Part shown: piece after piece, positions 37,830 to 51,000 of the stretch
How the letters are laid out: each line of letters starts with the position of its first letter
Position numbering within the stretch: position 1 is the first letter of the stretch
NCBI RefSeq assembly: GCF_044704955.1
Contig: NC_091989.1
Span: forward strand, 142,538,001 to 142,602,000
DNA from: Pristiophorus japonicus
Taxonomy: Eukaryota
Direction: 5' to 3'
Length of the DNA stretch: 64,000 nt
Notes under the pieces: generated by a model
Told to the model about the DNA's origin: nothing
What the model saw: only the letters and a program-made list of their open reading frames with translations
Databases searched by the model: none
Program-made: the position numbers and the translations under genes

Positions 37830-40045
37830 GTGAGTAATAATAAAGGAGAATGGTATCTAGTAGATGACGAGAAACATTTTATTTTACTGATTCTAATATT
37901 GTATGAATTCTGTTTTTTTTCACTTACGGAAACTTGATTTGAATTTGTGTATCAACAGATGGGTCACTATAAGGAACAGACACTATCCAGTTCCTACAAA
38001 TGTAAACATCTGTTCCTTGCAATGAGCCTCGCCACATTTTCATTCTGGCCCAGCTTTTCTTTGTCGTTCAGATTGTTCTTTGTTCGCCTGTTCTTTGAAA
38101 TGCGGAGAATTTTTGAATGTTGTTCAGAAAACGTTCACTGAGATATTACAATAGAAATACTAACGAATTTTCATCTGAATTTACTAGAAATGTACAAGAC
38201 TACAAAGCAGTAGTATTGTTATATTCTATTCTGAATATTAATACCAGGGCTAGAGTTTCCTCATTTTTTGCATGCTTAATGCCCACTTAACGTCCATTTT
38301 ACTGATGAAATGACGTGCAACACCCATATATCGGCCATTTAGCCACAAAATGGAAACTGACAGGCATTTTTCGGAAACTTATCGGCGAGCGTTACTTTCC
38401 CCATGTGCGTAATACTGGGAAAAAATAATACCGCCTGTTATGTATGTAAACATTGTAACTGTGTAAGACTTGCCATCAGAAGGCGCAACTGTTGGAGGCC
38501 CAAGGGTCTCCTGCAAGGGAGTATAAAAGGTTGTCTGCCATGCTTCTTAGGCACTCTGGAGTTGTATTAAAGAGACTAAGGTCACATCAGTTTTAGCTCA
38601 CAGTACTCAGTCTTGTGGAGTTCTTCCATACATAACAATTGGTGACGAGTAACAGATTACGAACTTTTATGCGGTCATGGCTGCCATTGGTATTTTAGAG
38701 AGATTTGTAGAGGATGATGATTGGGAAGCCTTCGTTGAGTCTCTCGACCAGTACTTCGTGGCCAATGAGCTGGATGGGGACGATAAAGCGATCAAGCGCA
38801 GGGCGATTCTCCTTACCGTGTGTGGGTCCACAATATATGGCCTCATCAAGAATCTGCTAACACCAGAGAAACCAGCGGAGAAGACATATACAGAGTTGTG
38901 TACGCTGGTTCGGAACCACCTCAAACTGAAGGAGAGCGTCTTAATGGCTTGGTATCGCTTCTACACACACCACCGCTTTGAGGGCCAGGACATGGCGTGT
39001 TATGTCGCCGACCTGAGACGCCTTGCGGGAACTTGCTAATTTGCTGGATTTTTGGGGGGAATTGCTGCGGGACTTTTTTGTGCTTGGCATCGGCCACGAG
39101 GTCATTCTTTGCAAGCTGCTGCCTGCCGAATCCCTAGACCTGAGCAAGGCCATCACGATAGCCCAGGCATTCTTATCCACGAGCGACAATACCAGACAGA
39201 TATTTTCCCAGCATCAAAGCTCACTGGCAAGTACTGTGCATAAAATAACGTCATTAGCAGGCAGAACTGCATATGGCAGGGCCTACACATCTGCAGTTGC
39301 AGGACCTAGGATGACTCAGAGTCTGCCATCGGGCATGAATGCAAATCCATTAGCATCATGTTGGTGCTGCGGGGGTAATCATCGAGCCCATCAATGTCGA
39401 TTCAAGCACTACGTGTGCAAAGGCTGCGAAACAATGGGGCACCTCCAGTGAATGTGCAAGAGTGCTGCGACTCACCACGTGGCAGATTCAGCAGAGGATG
39501 ATCGATCCGGCACAGATCGCGCAGAACAAGCAAGATAGGCAACTCAACCCAAGGAAGAAGTGTATGGGGTAAACACCTTCACCACCAAGAGCCCTCCTAT
39601 TATGCTGAAAGTCAAATTGAACGGTATTCCGGTATCAATGGAGTTGGACACGGGGTCGAGTCAGTCAATTATGAGCCAGAAGGCTTTTGAGAAACTGTGG
39701 GGCAACAAGGCCCAAACTGAGCCCGATTCAGACAAAGCTGCGCACTACACCAAAGAGCTCATACTAGTCATTGGCAGTGCGGCAGTTAAGGTATTGTATG
39801 ATGGAGCTGTGCATGATTTATCACTGTGGATTGTACCAGGCGATGGCCCAACGCTATTCGGCAGAAGCTGGCTGGGAAAGATTCGATGGAGCTGGGACGA
39901 CATCAAAACACTATCTTTCGTGAATGATGCCTCGTGCGCCCAAGTGCTGAGCAAGTTTCCATCGCCATTTGAACCAGGCATCGGCAACTTCACAGGCGCC
40001 AAGGTGCAGATCCATCTAGTCCCTGATGCAAGGCCCGTTCCATAT

Positions 40046-40598
40046 CATCATCATCATCATCATCATAGGCAGTGCCTCGGAATTGAGGAAGACTTGCTTC
40101 CACTCCCAAAGTGAGTTCTTTGATGGCTGAACAATCGATACGAGAGCCACAGACCCTGTTACAGGTGGGACAGACATTCGTCGGGGGAGGGGATCGGTAG
40201 GGCTGGTTTGCCGCGTGATCCTTCCGCTGCCTGCGCTTGGCCTCTTCATGCTCTTTGCATTGAGACTCGAAGAGCTCAACGCCCTCCCGGATGGACTGTC
40301 TCCACCTCGGGCGGTCTGCGGCCAGAGTCTCCCAGGTGTCAGTGGTGATGTCGCACTTTACCAGGGAGGCTTTGAGGGTGTCCTTATAACGTTTCTGCTG
40401 TCCTCCTTTGGCTCATCTACCTGAAGGAGCTCCGCATAAAGCATTTGCTTAGGGAGTCTCGTATCTGGCATGCAAACTATGTGGCCTGCCCAGCGAAGCT
40501 GATCGAGTGTAGTCAATGCTTCAATACTGGGGATGTTAGCCTGGTCGAGGACACTGATGTTGGTGCGCCTGTCCTCCCAGGGGATTTGCAGGATCTTG
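40046..40598 (-). mobile_element. RTE-clade LINE 3' fragment inserted in Gypsy A pol
   Basis: (cat)n tail; similar to 26471-26892; removal restores ARPVPY|MMREKVEIELDRL. Confidence 0.85.
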
Positions 40599-42444
40599 AT
40601 ATATGATGAGGGAGAAAGTCGAGATCGAACTGGACAGACTTCAATGAGAGGGAATCATATCGCCAGTCGAGTTCAACGAGTGGGCCAGTCCGATTGTTCC
40701 GGTGTTGAAAAGTGATGGCACGAACAGAATCTGCAGACACTACAAGGTAACGATCAACCGAATCTTATTACAAGACCAGTACCTGCTACCCAAGGCAGAT
40801 GACCTGTTCGCAACGTTAGTGGGGGGAGGGAAGTCATTCACCAAGTTGGACCTAACCTCCGCCTATATGACACAGGAGCTGGCTGAATCTTCAAAAAGAT
40901 TGACGTGCATCAACACACACAAAGGACTGTTTATATACCACAGGTGCCCTTTTGGGATTCGCTCGGCTGCTGCCATCTTCCAGAGGAACATGGAGAGTCT
41001 GCTGAAATCGGTTCTGCGCATCGTTGTGTTTCAAGATGACATCCTGATCACCGGTCGTGACATCACCGAACACCTGCACAACCTGGAAGAGGTTCTAAGT
41101 CAATTAGACAGAGTGGGACGCAGGCTGAAATGCTCCAAGTGTGTTTTCCTGGTGCCAGAGGTCGAATTTTGGGGGAGAAAGATTGCGGCAGATGACATCA
41201 GACCCACGGACTCAAAGACAGTGGCCATCAAGAATGCACCCAGACCACAGAATGTGACGGAGCTGCGTTCGTTCCTGGGACTCCTCAACTATTTTGGTAA
41301 CTTTCTACCTGGGTTAAGCACTTTGCTGGAACTGTTGCACATGTTGCTACGTAAGGGTGACGACTGGGTTTGGAGTAAATCTCAAGAGACAGCCAGAAAC
41401 CTACTTTGTTCTAATAAGTTGCTTGTACTGTATGATCCGTGTAAACAATTAGTGCTAGCTTGTGATGCATCTTCATACGGGGTCGACTGTGTGTTACAGC
41501 ACACCAATGTATCGTGCAAACTTCAACTGGTTGCATACGCGTCTAGAACATCTAGAAGTCTGTCTAAGGCTGAAAGAGCCTACAATATGGTCGAGAAAGA
41601 GGCATTAGCATGTGATTATGGGGTTAAAAAAATGCACCAATACTTATTTGGACTTTGGTTTGAGCTTGAAACCGACCACAAACTACTCATTTCGCTGTTT
41701 TCAGAAAGCAAAGGTATAAACACCAATGCTTCGTCCCGCATCCAAAGATGGGCACTAACATTGTTCGCCTATGACTATGTTATAGAAACATAGAAAATAG
41801 GTGCAGGAGCAGGCCATTCGGCCCTTCGAGCCTGCACCGCCATTTCATATGATCATGGCTGATCATGCAACCTCAGTACCCCACTCCTGCCTTATCTCCA
41901 TACCCACTGAGCCCTTTAGCTGTAAGGGCCACATCTAACTCACTTTTGAATATGTCCAACGAACTGGACTCAACAACTTTCTGTGGCAGAGAATGCCACA
42001 GGTTCACAACTCTCTGGGTGAAAAAGTTTCTCCTCATCTCGGTCCTATATGGCTTACCCCTTATCTTCAGATTGTGACCCCTGGTTCTGGACTTCCCCAA
42101 CATCGGGAACATTCGACCTGCATCTAACCTGTCCGGTCCCGTCAGAATTTTATAAGTTTCTATGAGATCCCCTCTCATTCTTCTAAATTGCAGTGAGTAT
42201 AAGCCTAGCCGATCCAGTCTTTCCTCATATGTCAGTCCTGCCATCCCAGGAATCAGTCTGGTGAACCTTCACTGCACTCCCTCAAAAGCAAGCACGTCCT
42301 TCCTCAGATTAGGAGACCAAAACTCACACAATACTCAATGTGTGGTCTCACCAAGGCCCTGTACAACTGCAGTAAGATCTCCCTGCTCCTATACTCAAAT
42401 CCCCTCGCTGTGAAGGCCAGCATGCCATTTGCTTTCTTTGCTGC

Positions 42445-43995
42445 TGTAAGGGGAGCTTGGGGTGTGGATTCGAATCCACATTCCCCTTGGGTTCTGTACG
42501 TGCGATTTATGAGGGTGGGTGAGTAACGAGGCACCAGACACAGTGGGTAAGAGTACAAAATGGCTAATGTTGTTTATTTAGAATAGCAAACACAAAGATA
42601 GAGGGCATAGGAAGAGGTCATAAAATAGCAGCAATGGCAAAATCTCATTCAACAACCCGAAAAATCTCGCAACAGGGAAGGGGAAAACAAGAGGTTAAAA
42701 CATCCCACTCACACACAACCCCACCTCCCACTCCCACCCTTCCTACCAATTCCTATCCTAAATTGAGTCTGTGAGGGGCTTTGGGCTCTACTCACAACCC
42801 TATCAACTCCGGGGTTCTGGGGCACTTATTTCAGCTCGGGGTCCCTCTGGGGTGGGTTTTATGTTGTTGTTCGGTTTTCCTCTTCGATGTTGCGTCGGTT
42901 TCTTCTATCTGCCTCTCAGTTATCGTCAGACTACAGCTGTGAATCCAGGTTATTGAACCAGGTGTCCAGGTCTGCACAGCTCTGCGTGCCCCAGCCTGAT
43001 GCTTCGGCTATTCTCACCTTGTCCAGTGTGTTCAGGGCTAACAGCAGCACCTACTGCCACTTACCAACCAGGAGGTTGGCTCGTGGGTTTTTAGTCTCAA
43101 CCAAAATCAAAGTTTGCAAAACTCTCTCAGCTCCTTTTTGGTCCACAACTCCCTTTTTCCACCACTCCTTTTCTCCACCACTGCTTTTCTCCACCACTGC
43201 TTTTCTCCACCACTCCTTTTCTCCACAACTGTTTTTCTCCCAAACTGTTTTTCTCCCAAACTGTTTTTCTCCCAAACTGTTTTTCTCCCAAACTGTTTTT
43301 CTCCACAACTGTTTTCTCCACAACAGTCTTTTCTCCACAACTGTTTTCCCCACCACTCCTTTTCTCCCAAACTGTTTTCTGGTGGTTCTGTGTCCTATAT
43401 TTGTATTCAGTTCAGTTCAGGTCTTTTTGTGCTCAAACCCAGTGGGTGGTTCATTGTGTAAATTTGGGCGGGGAGACAGCTTTGAATATTTAATCAGAAG
43501 ATGTCACAGGTACACGCAGGTGTGTGGACCAGGGTATTGTTTCAGTGCACATAGGTGCCTGAACTCTGTGGGTCCTTTGTTATAGTCCTGGGAGTCAGTG
43601 GGCCATTCCTGCAGTGATTCATAGTTTTGATTCAGAACTATTGTCCATATTAATTAGGTAGATAATGGCCCACATTCGTAGTTTGATTTGGGGGGGGGGG
43701 GAGGGGAGAGAAGTCATTTTCAAATTGGGCCGGGGAGTCCTTATTGGTTGAAGATTTCCCCACTTCAGGCCCGACTCAACCTCTGATTGGCCTGCCAGAA
43801 TGCACTTTTCCCCCATTGGCCAGTGCCTCGGTCTCGCTTGTGAGCCAGACTTCACAATGTCTGTATCCGCCCACACGTTTTCCCAGCCAGCTTTTACTTG
43901 GCCAAAAATGTTCATTTAGTGTATGGAACGATCCCATGTTAGTTTTCTTGTCCTTACGGTGTTTAAAATGCGGCCGTGGATTTTCGAACCTTACA
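42445..43995 (-). mobile_element. Probable 1.55 kb solo LTR (ERV or LTR retrotransposon) inserted in the CR1
   Basis: Termini tgtaagg...ccttaca; 4-bp TSD ctgc at 42441-42444 and 43996-43999; minus-strand CCAAT x3 (43743-43819) and AATAAA (42573-42578); no credible ORF. Confidence 0.75.
43131..43380. repeat. 16-bp tandem array, about 15 copies
   Basis: Units ctgtttttctcccaaa / ctgcttttctccacca / ctccttttctccacca. Confidence 0.9.
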
Positions 43996-46900
43996 CTGCC
44001 TGTTATACCTGCATGTCTACCTTCAATGACTGATGTACCATGACACCCAGGACTCTTTGCACCTCCCCTTTTACTAATCTGTCACCATTCAGATAATAAT
44101 CTGCCTTCCTGTTTTTGCCACCAAAGTGGATAATCTCACATTTATCCACATTATACGGCATCTGCCATGCATTTGCCCACTCACCTAACCTGTCCAAGTC
44201 ACCCTGCAGCCTCTTAGCATGCTCCTCGCAGCTCACACTACCATCAGCTTAGTGTCATCTGCAAACTTGGAGAAATTACCTTCAATTCCTTTGTCTAAAT
44301 CATTAATGTATATTGTAAATAGCTGGGGTCCCAGCACTGAACCCTGCGGCACCCCACTAGTTACTGCCTGCCATTCTGAAAAGGACCCATTTATTCCCAT
44401 TCTTTGCTTCTTGTCTGCCAACCAGTTCTCTATCCACGTCAATACATTACCACCAATATCACATGCCTTAATTTTGCACACTAATTTCTTGTGTGGGACC
44501 TTGTCAAAAGCCTTTTGAAAGTCCAAATGCACCACATCCACTGGTTCTCCACTGTACTAGTTACATCCTCAAAAAACTCTCGAAGATTTGTCAAGCATGA
44601 TTTCCCTTTCATAAATCCATGCTGGCTTGGACTGACCCTGTCACTGCTTTCCAGATGCGCTGCTATTACATCTTTAATAATTGATTCCAGCATTTTCCCC
44701 ACCACCGATGTCAGGCTAACCGGTCTATAATTCCCTGTTTTCTCTCTCCCTCCTTTTTTAAAAAGTGAAGTTACATTTGCTACCCTCCAATCCATAGGAA
44801 CTAATCCAGAGTCCGTGGAATGTTGGAAAATGACCACCAATGCATCTACTATTTCTAGGGCCACTTCCTTAAGTACTCTGGGATGCATACTTATCAGGCC
44901 CTGGGGATTTATCGGCCTTCAGTCCCTTCAATTTCCCTAACACCGTTTCCTGACTGATAAGGATTTCCCTCAGTTCCCCCTTCTCGCTAGACTCTCGGTC
45001 CCCTAGTATTTTCGGGAGGTTATTCATGTCTTCCCTAGTGAAGACAGAACCAAAGTATTTGTTCAATTTGTCTGCCATTTCCTTGTTCCCCCATTATGAA
45101 TTCACCTGATTCTGACTGCAAGAGACCTACGTTAGTCTTCACTAACCTTTTTCTCTTCACATATCTATAGAAGCTTTTGCAGTCAGTTTTTATGTTCCCT
45201 GCAAGCTTACTCTCGTACTCTATTTTCCTCCTCCTAATTAAACCCTTAGTCCTCCTCTGCTGAATTCTAAATTTCTCCCAGTCCTCAAGTTTGCTGCTTT
45301 TTCTGGCCAATTTATATGCCTCTTCCTTGGATTTAACACTTTCCCTAATTTCCCTTGTTAGCCACGGTTGAGCCACCTTCTCTTTTTTATTCTTACGCCA
45401 CTCAAGGATGTACAATTGTTGTAGTTCTTCCATGTGTTCTTTAAATATCTGCCATTGCCAAGCCACCGTCAACCCTTTAAGTATCATTCTCCAATCTATA
45501 CTAGCCAATTCACGTCTCATACTGTCAAAGTTTCCTTTCTTTAAGTTCAGGACCCTTGTCTCTGAATTAATTGTGTCACTCTCCATCTTAATGAAGAATT
45601 CTACCATATTATGGTCACTCTTCCCCAAGGGGCCCCGATCGACCAGATTGTTAATTAATCCTCTCTCGTTACACAACACCCAGTCTAGGATGGCCTGTTC
45701 TCTAGTTGGTTCCTCGACATATTGGTCTAGAAAACCATCCCTTATACACTCCAGGAAATCCTCCTCCACAATATTACTACCAGTTTTGTTAGCCCAATCA
45801 ATATGTAGATTAAAGTCACCCATGATAACTGCTGTACCCTTATTGCACACATCCCTAATTTCCTGTTTGATGCCATCCCCAACCTCCCTACTACAGCTTG
45901 GTGGTCTGTACACAACTCCCACTAATGTTTTCTGCCCTTTGATGTTTTGCAGCTCTACCCACATAGATTCCACAACATCCACGCTAATGTCCTTCCTTGC
46001 TATTGCATTAATCTCCTCTTTAACCAGTAACGCTAGCCCACCTCCTTTTCCTTCCTGTCTGTCCTTCCTGAATATTGAATACCCCTGGATGTTGAGTTCC
46101 CAGCCTTGGTCACCCTGGAGCCATGCCTCCGTAATCCCAATTGCATCATATCCGTTAACAGCTATCTGCGCAGTCAATTCATCCACTTTATTACGAATGC
46201 TCCTCGCATTGAGACTCAGAGCCTTCAGGCTTGTTTTTTTAAACTCTTTTTCCTTTTTGAATTATGTTGTAATGTGGCAATTTTTGATTTTTGCCCTTGA
46301 TTTCTCTGTCCTCCACTCTTGCTTTCCTCCTTCCTACCTTTTGCTTCTGCCTCCTTTTTACTTCCCTCTGTCTCCCTGCATAGATTCCCATCCCTCTGCC
46401 ATTTTAGTTTAAACCCTCCCCAACAGCACTAGCAAACACTCCACCTAGGACATCAGTTCCGGTCCTGCCCAGGTGCAGACCGTCCAGTTTGTACTGGTCC
46501 CACCTCCCCCAGAACCGGTTCCAATGTCCAAGGAATTTGAATCCCTCCCCCTTGCACTATTTCTCAAGCCACGTATTCATCTGAGCTATCCTGCAATTCC
46601 TACTCTGACTAGCACTGGTAGCAATCCTGAGATTACTACCTTTTGAGGTCTAGCATTTTAATTTAACTCCTAGCTGCCTAAATTCAACTTGTAGGACCTC
46701 ATCCCATTTTTTACCTATATCGTTGGTACCTATATGTACCACGACAGCTGGCTGTTCACCCTTCCCCTCCAGAATGCGCTGCAACAGCTCCGAGACATCC
46801 TTGACCCTTGCACCAGGGAGTCAACATACCATCCTGGAGTCTCGTTTACGGCCGCAAAAACACCTATCTATTCCCCTTACAATCGAATCCCCTATCACTA

Positions 46901-48097
46901 TAGCTTTCTCACTCTTTTTCCTGCCCTCCTGTGCAGCAGAGCCACCCCTGGTGCCATGGACTTGGCTGCTGCTGCCTTCCCCTGATGAGTCATCTCCTCC
47001 AACAGTACCCAAGGTGGTGTATCTGTTTTGGAGGGAGATGACCGCAGAGGACCCCTGCACTACCTTCCTTCTACTCTCTGCCTGATGGTCACCCATTCCC
47101 TATCTGACTGTGTAACCTTTACCTGCGGTGTGATCAACTCACTAAACATGCTATTCACGACATCCTCAGCATCGCGGGTGCTCCAGAGTGAGTCCATGCG
47201 CAGCTCCAGTGCCGCAATGCGGTCTGTCAGGAGCTGCACCTGGATACACTTCCTGCACATGTAGTTGTCAGGGCCACAGACCAGGCACAGAGGACTGTGC
47301 TAATGCCCTCAGTCGGCTACCTTTGCCCACTATCGGGATGGAAATGGCGCAGCCCGCAGACTTGCTTCTGGTCATGGATGCTTTTGAGAGCAAGGGGTCA
47401 CTTGTAAAAAGTTGCATCCCGGGGAAATGCAAGATGAAATTAAGCCAATTCACCGTCACAAAGATGAAATGTCCATCCAGTCGGATTGTCTCTTATGGGG
47501 TAAACGCGTGGTTTTGCAAAAAAAAGGCAGGGAAACGTTTATATGCAGCCGACACAATACCCACCCAGGCAAAATCATGATGAAGGCTATAGCCAGGTCG
47601 CATGTTTGGTGGCCCGGCATTGACTCGGACTTAGATTCATGCATACACCAGTGCAACATGTGCTCAGAATTGATCAATGCGCCAAGGAAGGCTCCATTCA
47701 GTCTGTGGTCATGGTCCTCCAAACCGTGGTCCAGGATCCACGTAGATTTTGCTGGCCCCTTTCTCGGAAAGATGTTTTTAATTGTAGTGGATGCTTACTT
47801 TAAATGGATTGAATGCGTAATCATGTCATCCAGCACATCCACTGCCACCATTGAAAGCCTCCGGGCGAGATTCGGCACCCATGGCTTGCCCCACGTCCTT
47901 GTCAGTGACAATGGACTGTGTTTCAGCAGCTTGGAATTCAACGAGTTTATGACCCGCAATGGCATCAATCATGTCAGGTCTGCCCCGTTTAAGTCCCCGT
48001 CCAATGGTCAAGCGGAACGGGCAATCCAAACTATCAAGCAGAGCTTGAAGCGCATGATGGAAGGCTCCTTGCAGACCCACTTATCTCGGGTTCTACT

Positions 48098-51000
48098 TGT
48101 AAAGTCCTGTCCCCTCAGTACAGATTCACACGAGGCATGTAGTGAAGTCAAGGTCACTCTGGACCTGCACCTTTTATTTCACAGCTCTGGAATGCTGCAC
48201 TTGCCTGAGACCTGTGCTTATATACCTGTCTCTTGCAAGTGTACCCCCGGTGGTAAGGTATGCTGGTGGTTACAGGTCATATCTTATTACAGTCATGTAT
48301 AGCATGTTGGGATACAGTTATATATAATAATGTAAGATCCATGACATCACCCTCCTCCAAGGTCTTATTGTCTTTATAAGTTCAGTCTCTCAGGTGGTCT
48401 ACGCTCTCGCGTGGAGCGTCTGAGTTGTGGTTCAGTTGTTTGCCTTGGTGTCTGTTTTTCTTTGGGTGTGGTTGCTGGTATCTAGCCTGGGCTGTCTGTT
48501 TCGATTGGTGTGATTGTTGTTGACTCACCTGGGCTGTCTGTTGGGATTGCCCTTTCCTCAGGTTGTTCCCTCTGTCTGTCCACCAGGTGTGGTGTGAGTT
48601 CCACATTGTAGTCTGCCTGTGGTTCCGCAGTGCTGTTGGTAAATCTGCTTTTGACTTGGTCTACATGCCTCCGGCAGGTTTGGCCATTGTCCATTTGTAT
48701 TACCAGTAACCTGTTTCCTTCCTTGCCCGTTACTGTCCCTGCAAGCCATTTGGGACCCCTGCCATAGTTTAGTACAAACACTTTGTCCCCGATCTCATTC
48801 CATCTCTCCCTCGAATTTCTGTCATGGTACTCAGTCAGCTTACGGCGCTTTGCCTCAATGATTTCGTGCCTGTCTGGGAGGATTAATGAGAGCCTTGTTT
48901 TTAAAGTCCTTTTCATCAACAGTTGCGCGGGGGGGATCTCAGTCAGTGAGTGTGGACGAGATCTGTATGCCAACAACAGTCGCGACAGGCGACCCTGCAG
49001 CTTGGGACCTTGGATTTTAAGCATGCCTTGTTTAATGATTTGCACTGCTCTCTCCGCCTGGCCGTTGGAGGCCGGCTTGAACGGTGCCGTCTTGACGTGA
49101 TTTATGCCGTGGTCAATTATAAAGTCTTGGAATTCTGCGCTGGTGAAGCACGGACCATTGTCACTGACTAATATGTCAGGGATTCCGTGCGTTGCAAACA
49201 TGGTTGCGAGGCTCTCCACAGTGGTGGAGGTTGTGCTCGAGTTTAAAATGGTGCATTCGATCCACTTTGAAAATGCATCTACAACTACGAGGAAAATTTT
49301 GCCCATAAATGGGCCCGCATAGTCTACGTGCACCCGCGACCACGGTTTGGTAGGCCAGGGCCAGGGGCTCAGTGGAGCCTCCCTGGGGGCATTGCTGAGT
49401 TGGGCACAAATGGTACACCTTCGGACGCAGAGCTCCAAGTCTGCGTCAATACCAGGCCACCAGACGTGGGATCTGGCTATGGCCTTCATGAGAACGATCC
49501 CCGGATGCTCACGGTGGAGCTCCCGGACAAATGCCTCTCTGCCTCGCAGAGGCATGACTACTCGGCTGCCCCACATCAGGCAGTCTGCTTGTAGTGATAG
49601 CTCATGCATGCGCCTGTGAAAGGGTTTTAATTCCTCGGGGCAGGCATCGCGAGCCTCTGCCCAACCTCCGGTTAGGACATATCTTTTTACTAAGGATAAC
49701 GTGGGGTCGCTGGCCGTCCAGGCTCTGATTTGGTGAGCCGCCATGGGCGAACCTGTGGACTCAAAGGCATTGATTGCCATGACTATCTCACAGTCCTGTT
49801 CGTCAGACCCTTCTGTGGTCGCCAGGGGTAGCCTGCTGAGCGCGTCGGCACAGTTGTCTGTGCCTGGTCTGTGCCTTATGGTATAGTCGTAGGACGCCAG
49901 CATGAGTGCCCACTGTTGAATTCGCGCTGAGGCGTTGGCGTTTATTGCCTTGCTCTCGGATAGGTGGGACGTGAGGGGCTTGTGGTCGGTTTCTAACGCG
50001 AACTTGGCCCCAAAAAGGTATTGGTGCATCTTTTTGACACCGTACACGCACGCGAGCGCCTCCTTCTCTACCATTCCGTACCCACGCTCCACCCGCGAAA
50101 GTGATCTGGAGGCATAAGCTATGGGTTGTAATTTGCCTGCACCATTGACATGTTGCAAAACGCACCTGACCCCATATGCTGACGCATCGCATGTGAGAAC
50201 TAGCTTTTTACCTGGATCAAAGAAAGTCAAAACAGTGTTGGAACATAGAAGGTTGCATGCCTTATTGAAGGCGCGTTCCTGGGCGTCCCCCCAAAACCAA
50301 TCGCACCCCTTCCTGAGTAGCACGTGGAGAGGCTCCAGCAGCGTGCTTAAGTTCTGCATAAAGTTCCCAAAGTAATTGAGTAGCCCGAGAAAGGCGCGCA
50401 GTTCTGAGACATTCCGGGGCCTGGGTGCCAGGCAAATTGCTTCTGTTTTGGACTCTGTTGGGCGGATTCCATCAGCGGCAATCCTTCTGCCCAAAAATTC
50501 AACCTCGGGTGCGAGAAACAGGCACTTGGATTTCTTGACTCGTAGGCCTACCCGATCCAACCACTTTAGTACTTCCTCCAAATTACGGAGATGGGAGTCG
50601 GTGTCCCTGCCCGTGATAAGTATGTCGTCTTGAAATACAACCATCCCCGGGATAGACTTGAGCAGACTCTCCATGTTGCGCTGGAATATGGCAGCTGCCG
50701 ACCTGATGCCGAATGGGCATCGATTGTACATGAAAAGGCCTCGATATGTGTTGATGGTGGTGAGTAGCTTGGATTCCTCGGTCAATTCTTGCATCATATA
50801 CGCAGATGTGAGGTCTAATTTTGAGAAAAGTTTACCTCCAGCCAATGTGGCAAATAAGTCCTCTGCTCTGGGCAGCAGGTACTGGTCCTGTAGGGAGACT
50901 CTGTTTATGGTAGATTTGTAGTCCCCACAGATTCGTACGGATCCATCGGGCTTCATGACTGGGACGATGGAACTTGCCCAGTCGCTAAATTCCACAGGTG

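Larger units (their letters stand above)
41782..47272 (-). mobile_element. Near full-length CR1 LINE (ORF1 zinc-finger/SGNH esterase plus ORF2 APE-RT) inserted in Gypsy A
   Basis: ORF1 CRKCIQVQLL and AIVIGDSIVRG; APE ORF 45035-46186; RT ORFs 44481-44888 and 44233-44541; host resumes YDYVI|HRPGT. Confidence 0.93.

Noticed and set aside
40041-40066. Poly-His tract in ORF 39560-40114
   Set aside because: It is the (cat)n tail of the inserted RTE element
43131-43380. CRISPR-like array or repetitive protein ORFs (42887-43585 and overlapping)
   Set aside because: Head-to-tail 16-mers without spacers in a eukaryotic LTR; the ORFs are by-products of the repeat
45408-46412. 334-aa + strand ORF
   Set aside because: Antisense shadow of the CR1 endonuclease ORF
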